This document shows positions 28,101 through 40,914 of a stretch of DNA of 64,000 nt, in pieces. The notes under the pieces are model-generated. The model was not told the DNA's origin, made no database searches, and saw only the letters and a program-made list of their open reading frames with translations. How positions within the stretch are numbered: the first letter of the stretch is position 1; each line of letters opens with the position of its first letter. A program made the position numbers and the translations under genes. Origin of the DNA: Mobula hypostoma (lineage: Eukaryota); the NCBI RefSeq assembly GCF_963921235.1, contig NC_086097.1, forward strand, positions 16,492,001 to 16,556,000. Reading direction: 5' to 3'.

Positions 28101-28800
28101 CCAATCCTTGGGCGGTGAAAAAGTCACTAAGAATAAAAGTCTTATTGGATAAGGATCTCGCGTTGATCAGAGCCACTTTGACTGGGATAGTAGTATAATC
28201 TGACAACGGCTCCCTCGCCAGAGGGCGGAGGGTACAGAAGACTACTCCACCGCACTTCACAAATGGCCTGGTGGGGAGCCCGCAAGGCAGCAGTCTGGCA
28301 TCCAGGTCTGTGTCTGGGATAATCGGTTGGAGAAAGGCGTACCTGGTCTCAAGGGAGCACCGAGGAATGGAGTGATGTGCCTGAACAGGTCCAACATCGT
28401 CAAGCTGCAAAAAGTAGACCGGTGCTGAGCGACAGCGGGCAAGATTCCTCACCTTAACCGAGGTGACCGCACATTTATTTCGTCTCCTAGCTCATTTCCT
28501 ATGGTGGTAGCCGCAGGGCCGAGCCCATATACCTTCAGGTAGTTGGGAAAATAGAGAGCGGTGAAAGGCTCTTTGTCCAGAATCCTGAGTGAATAAGTCC
28601 ACGACAGAGGTTCGAATATTCAGTAGTGTTTGACGATCGTAGACAATAGTGGCTTGTACATCATGTATACACAGAGACACAAACAGAGCCAGGACAAACA
28701 AGAACGGCAATAGGCAACGACAAGCAGCCAAACACAGTGGCGTGGCGATGATGTAAATCCAGGCATCCAGGAAAAGAACACTGGCAGGGAAGTCACACAC
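25181..28800 (-). mobile_element. Near full-length L2-clade LINE, frameshifted
   Basis: Leader ORF (IVYDRQTLLNIR), APE endonuclease (LINARSLSNK, VTETWL, VYRPP, GDFN), RT (NYRPIS, LDLSAAFNT, GVPQGSILGP), L2 C-terminus (HWLPVQFRIDFK, AFAVVAPRLWN); tail ATAAATAAATTTGACTTGAC. Confidence 0.93.
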
Positions 28801-31035
28801 AATTTTTATTCCTACCTTTTTAACTGTAAAAAATACAGCAAATAACTAAACAACTGCAGTGCAGCACAACATCGAGCTACAAAATTAAGTTGGAGGGGTT
28901 AAGATTCTGTCCTGGTCGTAAGTCTATAGGAAAGTGGAATTTGTTTATTAACAAATTAAGTTTTGTGATGTGTTAATTTCATCTAAAATTGCAGCCATTT
29001 GTAACACCATTTGTATTTTCCAACTGACTTTGATACTCCTTGAGAAAACAAAAATATCCTTGGGTCTTCTGTCAGCTTGTTTGCTGGTTGTATAAGCAAA
29101 ACTTTTATTTGACTACATTACCAGTCCTAAATTCAGACCCAAGATATGAAGATGAAAACTTGAGATTCACTTTGTGCATTCTAAGTTGCACCCTGCTGAG
29201 TGAATCACACTTTACAGATAAAACACAGCAATTAAGCCATTTTAACATCTCTTAAAGACTTCTGTATCCTTCTTTCTGCTAAATCAGATGATGCCATTGT
29301 CATCCATAGAATCATAAAGTGAATCCATGGAACAACTAACACTTATGAGAGGTGAGGCTGATAGACTGGCCCTGTATTTTACAGAAATATTTTGCTGAGA
29401 TCAAAAGCTGACGAGGAACCTTCATCACAATAGTTGAATTCAATCTGACTGTGCCCTTCTTAAATCTTAATCCTGAGATGCGACACTGATGCCAGTCTGC
29501 TGAGGTTAGAAGCCAATATGCATTAGTCATCATAATCCCCAACATCCAGCCCCCTAAAGCACATATGCCAAGGTTAGAGACTAATAATTGCAGGATATCA
29601 TTGTGCTGCCATTATGTACATGAACTTCCGCAATTAAGAGTGCATTTGCCATCAACGTGAGAACTACACTTGAAACATAAAAGAATCATATCTGGCTTGC
29701 ACACTTCACTTTGATCTTTCCGAGGAAAGATCATGAAGTCTGAATTCACTTCTGCTCCTTAGTTCTCAAAGGAGAATACAGTGCAAAGGAGCAAGAATTC
29801 TGTTGTAATACTTTATTGGAAGTTTAAAATACTGATTCATACCATTGGCTTTCCTGTAAAATCTTATACCAGTAATAAAACTCGAGGTCATCAGGTTCAG
29901 TATTGCAGAAAGTAATGTAATTAAATGATGAATTCATTAAGATTCAAACTTCACAACCATTAAGCTGTGTAGCAATTAAATATACATTCAATTCATGGAA
30001 AAGCATCTGATCTTATAAAATACTAAACATTTTGAGGATACACACTTAGACATACCTTAAAAGATGGTGGGAGCAAAAATAACAAATCTATTATTAGACT
30101 GCATCATCAGTTTTTGTTAAGAATCTGACTCCAGGAAATTTCTCTTGAGGATATCTTAAAAATCTCTTTCCTATGTGTAGCAATCGCCGATTTTTCAAAG
30201 TCACTAACACGATCATTTAAAGCTTATAAATTTTGGCTGGCTATTGATCACTGTGGAACTATTTATACTCGGATTCTGATCAATATGCTGCAAATCTACT
30301 GCAAGTAGATTTTTTAAATTAATGGCCAAGTAGGGTAGTTTGCTTTAATTTTTTATGATCAATCTTTCAAGTGAGCACGAGTGAAAAAACTCAGCAACAT
30401 CAAAGCAAAAGTGAAAAATGACAGCAAAAATGAACAGAAGACTGCAACAGATTTTGTACTTCCACTCATTTCTTTACCTCTACTAGTACTCAAGAAGCTT
30501 CATTTTGCTATGATGCAATATAGAAATCTGGAAGCTTTTTCTTAGGAAAACATATTTCTTGATTTACAAAATCTTAGTAATGACTAATTTCTTGCCTCAG
30601 TTACTTATCATGGCATAAGTGCAAATATGATCCACGAAAAGTCATGCAAATTAATTACAAGCAACTTAATCCAAATGATTTAATTAGAAGCAAAAACAGC
30701 AACTGTAGCAGGTCCACTGCTGAGCTGTAACTGTTATAAAGAAATTAAAATAATTGTGTCATGTAGTATGAAGCATCAGTTAAACCCTTATTATTTCAAA
30801 AGACAAAAAAATTAAACAATTTATTCTTTCCACATCACACTTCCCATAAAAGAAAGGCCAAATTATTTTAAAATACTTAGTGATAACGCATTGCAGCAAT
30901 TTTTTACATTTGCCTTCTTGGGTAAAACACTACATAAAGTTTTCAATCAAAATCATACAGTCAAATTCATTCCATTAAGAGATTCTTTTGCTTCTCTTCC
31001 AGCTGTGACTCACAAAACCAATTTGTTAGAATATA

Positions 31036-31524
31036 TACTCAGTGGCTACTTTATTAGGTGCACAAGTGGAATCCGGTGTGGTCTTCTGCTGCTGTAGCCC
31101 TTCCACTTCAAGGTTCGACACGTTGTATGTTCAAAGATGCTCTTCTGCACACCACTGTTGTAACGCGTGGTTATTTAAATTACTGTTGCCCTTCTGTCAG
31201 CTTGAACCAGTCTGGCCATTCTCCTCTGACTTCTCTCATTAACAAGGCGTTGTCACCCAAAGAAGTGAAACTGGATGTTTTTCTTTTGCTTTTCACACCA
31301 TTCTCTGTAAACTTGCGAGTGAAAATCCCAGGAGACCAACAGTTTCTCAGATAGTCAAACCACCCCAAATGGTACCAACGGTCCGTATTACTTCGTCATT
31401 CTGATATTTGTTCCGCAAATTTACTGAACCTCTTGACCATTTTAATGTATCGAGTTGCTGCTGATTAGATATTTCCATTAACAAGCAGATGTACAGGTGT
31501 ACCTAATAAAGGAGCCACTGAGTG
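31036..31524. mobile_element. Tc1/mariner-type MITE
   Basis: TIRs TACTCAGTGGCTACTTTATTAGGTGCAC / GTGTACCTAATAAAGGAGCCACTGAGTG with TA on both sides; no transposase ORF. Confidence 0.85.
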
Positions 31525-33439
31525 TATTTTAATTGTTTCCTTAAATAGGACGATATGGCATTCAGGGAAGATGAAGCAATGCCAATGAGACTGTAAATAA
31601 ATTAGCAGTAGGCATACTGAAAGTTCGTTGACTGCAAGTTCTTCCCTATGCCAAATACCACCGAGTGGTAAATATATCATCATCCCTGCATCTTCAAAAG
31701 TTCCAGAGCTCAAAACCCAGCAGCACAGAAGAACAAGAATAAGAAGATGCCTATCATCTTCATAGCAGCAATTAGGAGACGGGCATTTTTATGGTAGCTT
31801 TGCCATCAAAGAATAACAAAACATTTGCTCAGTTTAGCTTGTGTTATAATAATGAATTGCAACTCAAGAGTTCATGCTGTTATAACTGCTCAGTGAATAC
31901 TTGCTAGAGGTGCACCATATTATTTCATTACTACATGCAGGTTTTTCAACATTGTTTCACATTCCATGAGGACATGTTCTGCACAATCCTAATGATGCAC
32001 TTCTACTTTAAGTCACAAAATACATTTGAAGCAAAACTGAACACATTGGCAGTATCAGAGATGATAACAAACCTAAATTTCCCAATGAAGAATACTTCCC
32101 ATCGGTGTATGGATGGTTCTTCAGATAATTATTTACTGAGTAAACTAAGAATATATGGAAATCAATTACTGCAAATGAAAATTCAATATTCACGAAGTAC
32201 AGACCAAACAGATGGTGAATGATGATTTGGTCAAGTTGTAATAATGGAAGTTCTGTTAGAAATCTATCCTGGCTCTAGGTCAGACAGAGCAAGCCACAGA
32301 AGGCCAAAAGCAATAATTCTTCAATAAGGAGGTACAAACGTAATTCGTAGATAGTATGATCATTTTCAACAAAAAACAATTAAATTCCAAAAATACTGAA
32401 CATAAAGAAGCGTTTTAAACAAAGCCCCTATCTACAATTGATTTTTAACAAAATATAATAGTGATATTTAAGTTCCATATATACTCATTTTCAAAATTTA
32501 CCAAATTGTGTGAAAGTAATATTGTTAAATACCTTGAATCAATACTCAAGGTATTTTCTAGTTATTGTAAAACACTTACATAACAGAAATGTCATCTCTT
32601 TTCTCCAGCAGTGCCATACCATTTAAAAAAGTAAATAATTACATTGGTTGTTTATAGTTAGCTTGGATAGTGGAATTATTCAAGTGCTATATCATTTACT
32701 ATCACAAGTACAAAAATCTAATTGTTTTACAGCAACATTGAAATCAATAATTAAGGTGCTTTGAATGTAATTAACATAAAGAAGTTGGTTTCTGTAGATT
32801 TGAAATGTTTATATACATTTCATCAGTAATAGAAAAGCACATGGAATGTCACGTTTTCCCCTGTTGCAAAAAATATAATTTTGGAATTACTATCTTCCAA
32901 AACAGAATTCAAAATGCTTTAGAAGTTCTAACAAATCCATACAATTTTAAAGGTTTAATTCTGAATTAATATTGCAGAATTTTTAATATGTAGTTGATCT
33001 GCAACTTTTCACTCTCAGTCATACCCCTTTTACACAGCTGTATTCTGTGAGTAAATGGGGAATGCCTACGGCAGAGCACAAAATAACCTGTAGTTATATT
33101 AAGATAATATTCTCATTTCTGGTACCCATGGTAGCCTCAGTTCATTTTGCACAACTATTCTTTTAAATGGCATTGGAACTGTGCACAACCCAGGCATGTG
33201 GCATCAATTAACAGCACACACCTTCAGAACATTGCAGTGCACTTTCCCCATGCACCAACAGAAATGGCTCACTACCTACAACTTCTTCCAAGTGTAAACA
33301 AAATTGGGGTGCTTCCTTGGCAAGAGAATTCAGTGACCTAAATCAAAATTCTGGCAAGAAATTTCAAACTGAAAACAGAAAAACTGAACACTTAATAAAC
33401 ACACGTATGTTGGAATACACATGCTGTGTAGACACCTGC

Positions 33440-33802
33440 ACTGTTCCATGGTTTCAAGTTAACTTTATTGCTCCTTAAAATTACAATTGGTTTGGACAGA
33501 GCAAGAAACAGTACATTAATACAACATATAAAAAAAACGAGCTGATGAAGCAAAGCCATGATAGCAGGCCCAGGACACACTGGATTACAATTAGTGTGGT
33601 TTCAACTTAGATTTTAATGACACTATCAACTAAGTTTTTAAAAAATTTCTCACAGGCTGCTAAGATAAGTTAACCACCAATAGTCTAATGCTCGTACATT
33701 GACTGTAACAATAAAACAAAAAATTCTAAAGTCGTGAAATTCTTGTCTGCCCAACCATTATGAAAGATTTCTTGCTGTTATCCTCCACTGTTACTGCGGA
33801 GC
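33440..33802 (-). other. YLPM1: Probable non-coding terminal (3' UTR) exon of YLPM1; 3' end uncertain and may extend further
   Basis: Strong acceptor tttttccatttcctctgtag| at 33803-33804 pairs with donor GAG|gtaagc at 36513-36514; minus-strand AATAAA at 33464-33469 followed by GU/U-rich sequence; repeat-free AT-rich region down to about 31550. Confidence 0.6.
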
Positions 33803-34139
33803 CTACAGAGGAAATGGAAAAATTGTTACATTTAATCCAATTAATACTTAAAACAGTTTAGTTGAACAGTTTCACATTATTGATTGTTATTAAATATTTA
33901 ATAACACCATGGCTACAAACATAGTATGCATTGGATCTGTCCTTAGATGAACCATATTCTGGTCTCCCTTCATTAAGTTGAGAATGTATTAACTCAAAGT
34001 ATGCAGAAAGGTTAGCAGGTTAATAACTGTGCCAACTACATCCTCAGGGTGATGGAATTACAATCACAGGAGCAAATGTACATATAGTGAGAACAGGACC
34101 TTTTGAGATGTTAACCTATTCATATTTTCTGAGGATGGA

Positions 34140-35150
34140 GAAGGTAGCTATTTGACCCACCAAGTCTATGTCCGCTCTCAGAGCATTCACTCATCTAATT
34201 CTCTGTAACTTGTGCTTTAACTCCTCTTGATTCTTTTACTGCCTACACTCACTAAACGCTATTTACAGTAGCCAACTGTCTTATCAACTTGGGAATATTG
34301 GTGAAAAATGGAGGACCTGGGTATAACTGGACGTAACTCCTCAGGGCACTGAGAAGTGTGGCACAAAAAAGGGATTTGGGAATACAGGCCCACAATTTGT
34401 TGAAAGTGGTGACGCAGGTAGATAGGGTTTTGGCACATTATCCTTCATAAATCAAAGTACTGAGTACAGGAGATGGAATGTTATGTTGAAGTTGTATAAG
34501 ACATTGGTGAGGTCTAATTTGGAGTATTGTGTGCAGTTCTGGTCACCCACCTACAGGAAAGATGCAAGTAAGGTTGAAAGAGTATAGAAAAAAATTTCAA
34601 GGATTTCAAGGCGGGTTTGGAAGACCTGAGTTATAAGGTAAGATTGAAGAGGTTAGGGCTTTATTCCTTGGAACCTAAAAAATTGAGAGCAGGTTTGATA
34701 GAGGTATACTAACTTATGAGGAGTATAGATAGGGTAAACGCAAGCAGACCTTTTCCTCTGAGGTTGGGTGGGACTACAACCAGAGGTCCTGGGTGAAGGG
34801 TGAAAGGTGAAAAGTGAAAAATTTAAGGAGAACATGAGGTGAAACTTCACTCAAGAGTTGTGAGAGTGTGGAATGTGCTACCAATGCAAGAGTTACCTGT
34901 GAGCTGAATTTCAATGTTTATGAGAAGTACATGGATGGTAGTGGTATGAAGAGCTATGGTCCCGGTGCAGGTCAATGGGAGTAGGCGATTTAAATGGTTC
35001 TGCACAGACTAGATGGGCTGAAGGCCCTGTTGCTGTGCTGTACTTTTCTATGACTCGATAACCACATGGTCAGAGGGAGATTATGCAATCTCTACACAGA
35101 TAACACTGGGGATGAAGTTATGATGCAGCAGCACTAAGTGCCATGCCACC
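34140..35150 (-). mobile_element. V-SINE relic split by a CR1 insertion
   Basis: SINE 3' half at about 34140-34330 and V-domain/tRNA half at about 35061-35150 flank the CR1. Confidence 0.55.
34340..35056 (+). mobile_element. CR1 3' fragment
   Basis: LYKTLVRSNLEYCVQFWSP coding sequence; tail tgctgtgctgtacttttctatg. Confidence 0.88.
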
Positions 35151-36547
35151 CATCCAAGAAAATTCTTCAAGGAAAAGGAAAATTTCAAAACAGAAGTTAT
35201 AATTCAAGAACCATACTGTAAAGTTATCTGGCAGAAAATATTGTTATTGGAAACTTGATCTCAAGAAGTCTTGGCAGAATCAGATAATTGCTGCTCACAT
35301 TTCATCTGCCCACGTGCAAAAACTGCTATTTTCTCTGAACTTTGTATTTAAGTGTCAGATTTGTACAAAATGTAATTGGCTATGGATTAAAGTTGTAAGA
35401 TGTCACAACTGAGAGGAATTTGCTTCATTGAAAATCTTACTTCCTAATTAGTGGAAAGAAAAGGACCATCAGAAAAGTTGCAGAGGCCGCTGGGCAATCC
35501 CTGGTTATGGAGGAAGAGGTGTGACCTATGGACCACTGCTGCTAGGACACAAGCTGGGGCCTGGTCAACCCCTGGCAGAGTCACCTGGGCGAGGGAGTCT
35601 GGAAGGAACCGAAACACCAGGTGACCCCAGGTTACATCACTGATTACATGTTCCAGCACATCTAGGATGCATCTCAGCATCAATGGACAAAAATTGTAGT
35701 TTACAGAAAGCATATTTTGAAGCAATGATTCTGCAGGGGATGTTGGCTGGGCCATTGCTGAATTGTCATGCCTTCTATGACAAAACTGGGATGAAATTTC
35801 AAAAAAGGCAATGTTAGATTTTGTATATTTGCACCAGAAATAAGAGAATAGAGTTGTGACATGAAGAGGTAGAACTACTTAAAGCACAATGCTTGTGCGG
35901 GATCATAAAGAAATTTTACAAGTCATGATCTTGCAGGCTGTTGAAATAGAAGTGACTTATGATATTTCAAGTGTTTCCTTTCTTCCTGCTGAAAGAAGCG
36001 TGCTTCTCTATTCCATCACTACTTCTGGCCCTTTTGCTTTTTGAATGTGATCCATCCTTTCAGTATTTTACTTTGTGTTATTTCCGCCACATCCTTCCTT
36101 CCTTGTCCAGGCAAATACAGTAATTCATTAACTTGGCTGCTTTTGTAATTCTCCCATAGATAACATTTCACATCAGAAAATCAGGCCAACAAGTATTTGG
36201 TAGCATTTTTTAACCCATTAAAAAAAGTACTTTTTAAAAATGGAAAAATGCGCAAGTCTCAATCCATTGAAATTTAATTTCTAGCTTCTTTCCACATAGA
36301 ATCCAAATTATTAAAATTGGTATCCTATTGTCTAGTCCTACACCAAGTACAAACATTTAAATGTTTAAAAGATGGTCTTCTCATTCGAAGCATTAACTCT
36401 GCCTGGATGCTTACAACCAGTGAAGCATACAGTCAACCTCTAATTGACAATGCACATTCCCATAACCTTTGTGTCACAATTTAAATATATAATTTAATTT
36501 TGATTACTGCTTACCTCAGTGTAAAAAAACACAATTTGAACGTTTCT

Positions 36548-36694
36548 TTAGAAATATTTAGTTCGGTTCAATGCTCGCTGTGCTAATTCGCCTTTTTCAT
36601 CTGTAATTTTCTCCCAGTCTGTTTGTCCAACCACAAATCCTATGGCTCGTTTGCGCTCAGCATCTTTCTCCTCTTCCAAATCTGCCCATCTCAC
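36548..36694 (-). CDS. YLPM1: YLPM1 last coding exon F, up to the TAA stop; the exon continues to a donor after 36515
   Basis: ctag|GTG AGA TGG...TTC TAA; VRWADLEEEKDAERKRAIGFVVGQTDWEKITDEKGELAQRALNRTKYF*; completes the RVRW PP1-docking motif. Confidence 0.95.
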   Translation of the reverse strand: MRWADLEEEKDAERKRAIGFVVGQTDWEKITDEKGELAQRALNRTKYF

Positions 36695-37691
36695 CTAGAG
36701 CATATGGGGGGGGCAGTTCAGATAAATGTTACTTCCCGCCTTCCCACCTGAAGCAAATTAGTAATCTAAAGTACTATGCAGAAATAGTCATGTTTCACAT
36801 TTTATTATACAAGTTAATTTGCATTTTGGATTTTTTTTTTAACTGTAGCTATCTGCCCCAGCAGAATTTTACCATGTCTAAAAGAGAACAAATAACTACA
36901 CAAAAAAGTTGAGAAATAACTCATTGGTTAATTTTTTTAAAAAATTCAATTGCTTAAAAATTGGCCTATTATGATTGAATATGGTAACACTTGCATCTGT
37001 TGATGTTTATTTTTGACCATAAACAGTATATTTGATAGTCTGGTTGAGTACAACTCCAACAATAGTCAGGACGGCCAACAGTGCCATTTATCATGTTTCA
37101 GTATCAGTAATAAACAGAACATTTACAGAAGTAAGTTTGTATAAGTTCAGACCCAACATTGAAAAGGGCTAATAGTTTTCAGGTCCCAGCTACCAGCTAA
37201 ACCATTCACATCGTCAACCACCAGTCTCAATATGTACAATATGTAAAAAGCACTCACATGCCTAGACTACTGCGTGTTCCAAACTTGTGACCTCTACCAC
37301 CAAAGGCAACATCTTAGGTACATGCAAATACTATCACCTGAATGGTCCCCACTAAGCTGCATATTATTCTGACTTTGAAACATATTGGCATTCCTTCATC
37401 ATTGCGTGGCCTAAATGCCTTAACCAAGATGACCAGATCTCCAACAAATGCCATACAGCCAGTTTAATTAGATATGAGGCACTGGAAGAGATAACTATCT
37501 TGTTGAATGAGATTATTATGGAGGACAATAGGAGTGAAGATTAAAATCTTAAACTATTATTCCAGAGGTCATCAATGACAACAAGGTATTAGATTCCGAT
37601 ACAGTGATATGGTATTGTAAGTGAGTATACAGGCTCCTATTGGAACGTACAATTTCAAAACAGCAGCTCATGATCATCTTCTTGAGTGCAA

Positions 37692-37718
37692 ATATATATA
37701 TATATATATATATATATA
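37692..37718. repeat. (AT)n microsatellite
   Basis: About 13 perfect AT units. Confidence 0.95.
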
Positions 37719-38094
37719 GGTGAATATATGCTGCTCTTTCTAAGGACACTTACCGATTCCAAAAGACAAATAAATAAAAAAGTTGATGTAGTAGCTCAAC
37801 AGATCATTTTTAAAACTAATTGGACAGCATTTTGAATTTAATAACTGAGTCATAAAGCTGTTAACTTCATTCAGCCCTGGAATTCTGCAGTTACAGTTCT
37901 TAGTGAATTAATATTCAATTGTTAGCTAGATGTACCCAACATCCATGGATAATTTCAGCCCCTTCTGCAAATACCTTCATAAAACATGTAATGATAATTA
38001 TAGTTTTTGTTCAGATAGTAAACATAATACTACTTTGCAACAAGGTCATGGAGAAATACAATACAGAAAAAAATCTCTGGACCTATTGACTGCG

Positions 38095-38370
38095 CCAACA
38101 ATCAAGAACACTTATGATATAAAGTTAGTCTTACATTTACGCCTTTTATTCTTCCCACGTTCCTATCAATTGCCCCCTAGATTCTGCCACTCCTTTAGAC
38201 AATAGAGACAATTAATTGCAGCTAAATTATTTACCATCTGCATACTTTTGGGATGTGAGTATAAATACAAGCAGTCACAAGGAGAACATACAAACTCCTC
38301 ATAGACAGCACCAGAAGTCTGGATTGAACACGGAGCTGTGAGGCAATAGCTCACTATCCATCTGTGGCAA
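38095..38370 (-). mobile_element. V-SINE (HE1-like) relic
   Basis: gtcacaaggagaacatacaaactcc...ggattgaacac is the reverse complement of the V-domain and B-box. Confidence 0.6.
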
Positions 38371-39016
38371 TGAGTTCTTTCACTGGAAATGCAGGTTCTT
38401 CCCAATTCTCAAAAAATTTTATGAAGACTGATAGGACTTTTCCATTCCATTCACATTCCCTACTATTCCACTGTGACTTTACCATGCCTTGAGAACTTCC
38501 CCAGTCAAAATAAAAAATATATACTTTAATCTAGAAACAGTGTAATCCTTTGCAAACATAATTTTTCAATGTACATCTAAGTGAAGAAGAGATACCCAGC
38601 TTGATCACTCAAAAGCTAATGTTTTCTTTCCCGCGTGGGATTTGCTATTGCTATAAACATGGCCAGCTATCTTCTCTGACGGAGAGGTGAAGGCTAGCTT
38701 ACTCTTAAATACTGTTCACATTACTGCCAGGAAATAGTGGAATCAGTAAGATCTGTACAGGGAAAAGACTGAAGGTTAGAAAGGAAAACAAGCAGCTCAT
38801 AGTCCAAAAGTATTCTCTCTGATATGTTCTGTACTAAGAATGTCTGATACTTAAGGTAATATATACAAAATATGATTAAGTTTGTTCCATGATGGAGTCA
38901 TCTCTCTCTTTTGCTCAGTCATAACACCCAGAGAAAACGTATTTTTATACTTCATATTTTGAATCAATCAGTATATCATGTATACACAAAAGGAGCAATT
39001 AAGTTTATTTTTTTAC

Positions 39017-39150
39017 CCGCTTCTTTCCAGGTTCTGATGAGCGAGAGTTATAGTCATCAGGAAGCTGAAGGTAATCTTCTAATTGGTGTGCAATACTGTC
39101 ATGCCAACCTCGCTTCCGTTTGTTGCTGCTCCTCAAACCATCCAGCTTGT
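39017..39150 (-). CDS. YLPM1: YLPM1 coding exon E
   Basis: ttcag|AC AAG...CGG|gtaaaa; 134 nt; (D)KLDGLRSSNKRKRGWHDSIAHQLEDYLQLPDDYNSRSSEPGKKR. Confidence 0.93.
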
Positions 39151-40914
39151 CTGAACAACAAAAACATAGGCTCTGTAGTCAGGCATGGACTGAATGCACA
39201 AGATGAAAGAAATATATGTATATATTCATACAAATATACATACATGTATATGGTGTTACAGTTGAGCTCATAGTTGAACACCCTTGTTGTATTTAATAGC
39301 TGATTGGCCATAAAAATAGCAAGGAATGGATTATTGATGTAGTCCATTAACTTATAAGTCAGGTTCTTCTTTAAACCCATTAGTGTTTCTATATTATTGT
39401 ACCAACACAATTCTCATTGATTATAAATTTTCTGTATAAATTTTCCCAACTAACGGTAAAGTTTTTGCAAATAGATGCATTGAGAGGACAGAAAACCAAC
39501 CTATAATATTTATATTTTACCGCTGAAGTTTAACTTAAAAGAATTGGTCCTAATTAGAGTTGACAGTCATGTGCATCTTGGAAATGTAAATTAAACATGG
39601 TTTGTGTAGGATATTAGTTTTTAAACCCCATCTGTAGGATTCAGATAGTGCACAATTATGTCAGAAAAGTTTCAGAACAATATTTAAAAAATGCAGTGGG
39701 TATTCCTGGGAAGAAACTAAGTGAAGGTTAAACTGTAACATTGACATTCTTAAGATATGACAATCATCAGCTAGTAGTGTGTGAATTCATCTTTATCACC
39801 GAATGACACAGAATGTTTTACATGATACCACGATACCAAAGTAAATCATGAATTAGAACAAACACATGAAAATCACTTTTTGAAAATTACTACCTACAGG
39901 TAATATGCTTGCCATTTCAAACATTGCTTAACACCAAATAATGTGACCACAATCAATTCACATCATAAGGTAAATGTTACTTTACACAAAGAATACTTGC
40001 ATATGGTTTCCTGGGCTCAATTAAAGGCAATTTTTTTTAAAACAAACTGCTACTGCACTGGAAATATTGTAAAATAAATGTACATTATATATTGAGGGAG
40101 ACAATAATGTACATTACATTATTGAGGTTAAGTAATCCGTGATATCAAAGTATAAACCATTTTTTAAAATTCTGGAATACTTGGAAAAATGGACAAAACA
40201 TATGATCTAGAAAATAGATCTGAAAGAATAGGCGTAATTAGATAATGCATTTTAACCTCAGGAAATTTGCAAATGGCACTTCAGTCCAATTACCAAAATG
40301 CACTTTTCAGTGTGTTGTATTATTTATATAAGAGATTATCATAACTACTTCATTTCTTTTAAAATTAACTATGAACCAAATTGAAAATACAAACATTCAA
40401 GGTTGCATCACATTGAATTTACACAATCTTATTCTATGAAAAATACTGGCAGAGCTTGAAGTAATCAATCTATTGTTATCAGTAGAGTGCACTGAGTAGT
40501 GTAGTTATAAATGTACACTGCACTAATCAAAATTCACATCTGCAAGGTTGCTACAAAACAACTAATAAGTCTCATCACTGACTTATTAATATCGGTGATT
40601 TAAAGTTCACTGAAAAAATTCCATAGCAAGGAATGAAGTACAAATAAAAAGTATATTTCTTTAGCATTTGTTTTGAATGCAGTCCTTAAAGAAAGAACTT
40701 CATTAGTACCACCTTAAGTATTTTTGCTTGACTGAAGAAACTCTTCAAAAACTGGTAAATACATTTTCTTTAATTATTTATAGCGCCCCCAACGAGTCCA
40801 TATTTATATCACACACCTCCAAATGTTTCTGAACTGAGGTCAATGCTGGGCCATTTTAAATGCAATTAAGAGTCTGTCATGAGATTTGATACCCAAGTTT
40901 GATACCCAAAGTCA

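Noticed and set aside
1..30000. Exons of a neighbouring gene (PROX2 lies next to YLPM1 in human, from memory)
   Set aside because: No prospero-domain or other host coding sequence was recognisable; small exons could have been missed
30292..30312. AAATCTACT-gca-AGTAGATTT hairpin reminiscent of a Cas12a repeat stem
   Set aside because: Single occurrence, no spacers, no cas genes, vertebrate DNA
35444..35755. GC-richer 103-aa minus ORF in the 3' UTR intron as an extra exon or gene
   Set aside because: No recognisable protein motif or clear splice pair; probably an old repeat relic that I cannot identify
39099..39410. 103-aa minus ORF as an independent gene
   Set aside because: It is an alternative frame over YLPM1 exon E plus intron sequence; relevant only to the +4 donor finding
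40068..40128. Short imperfect direct repeat aatgtacatta...attgagg (and a 13-nt tandem at 40885-40910)
   Set aside because: Only two copies in AT-rich intron sequence; consistent with local slippage
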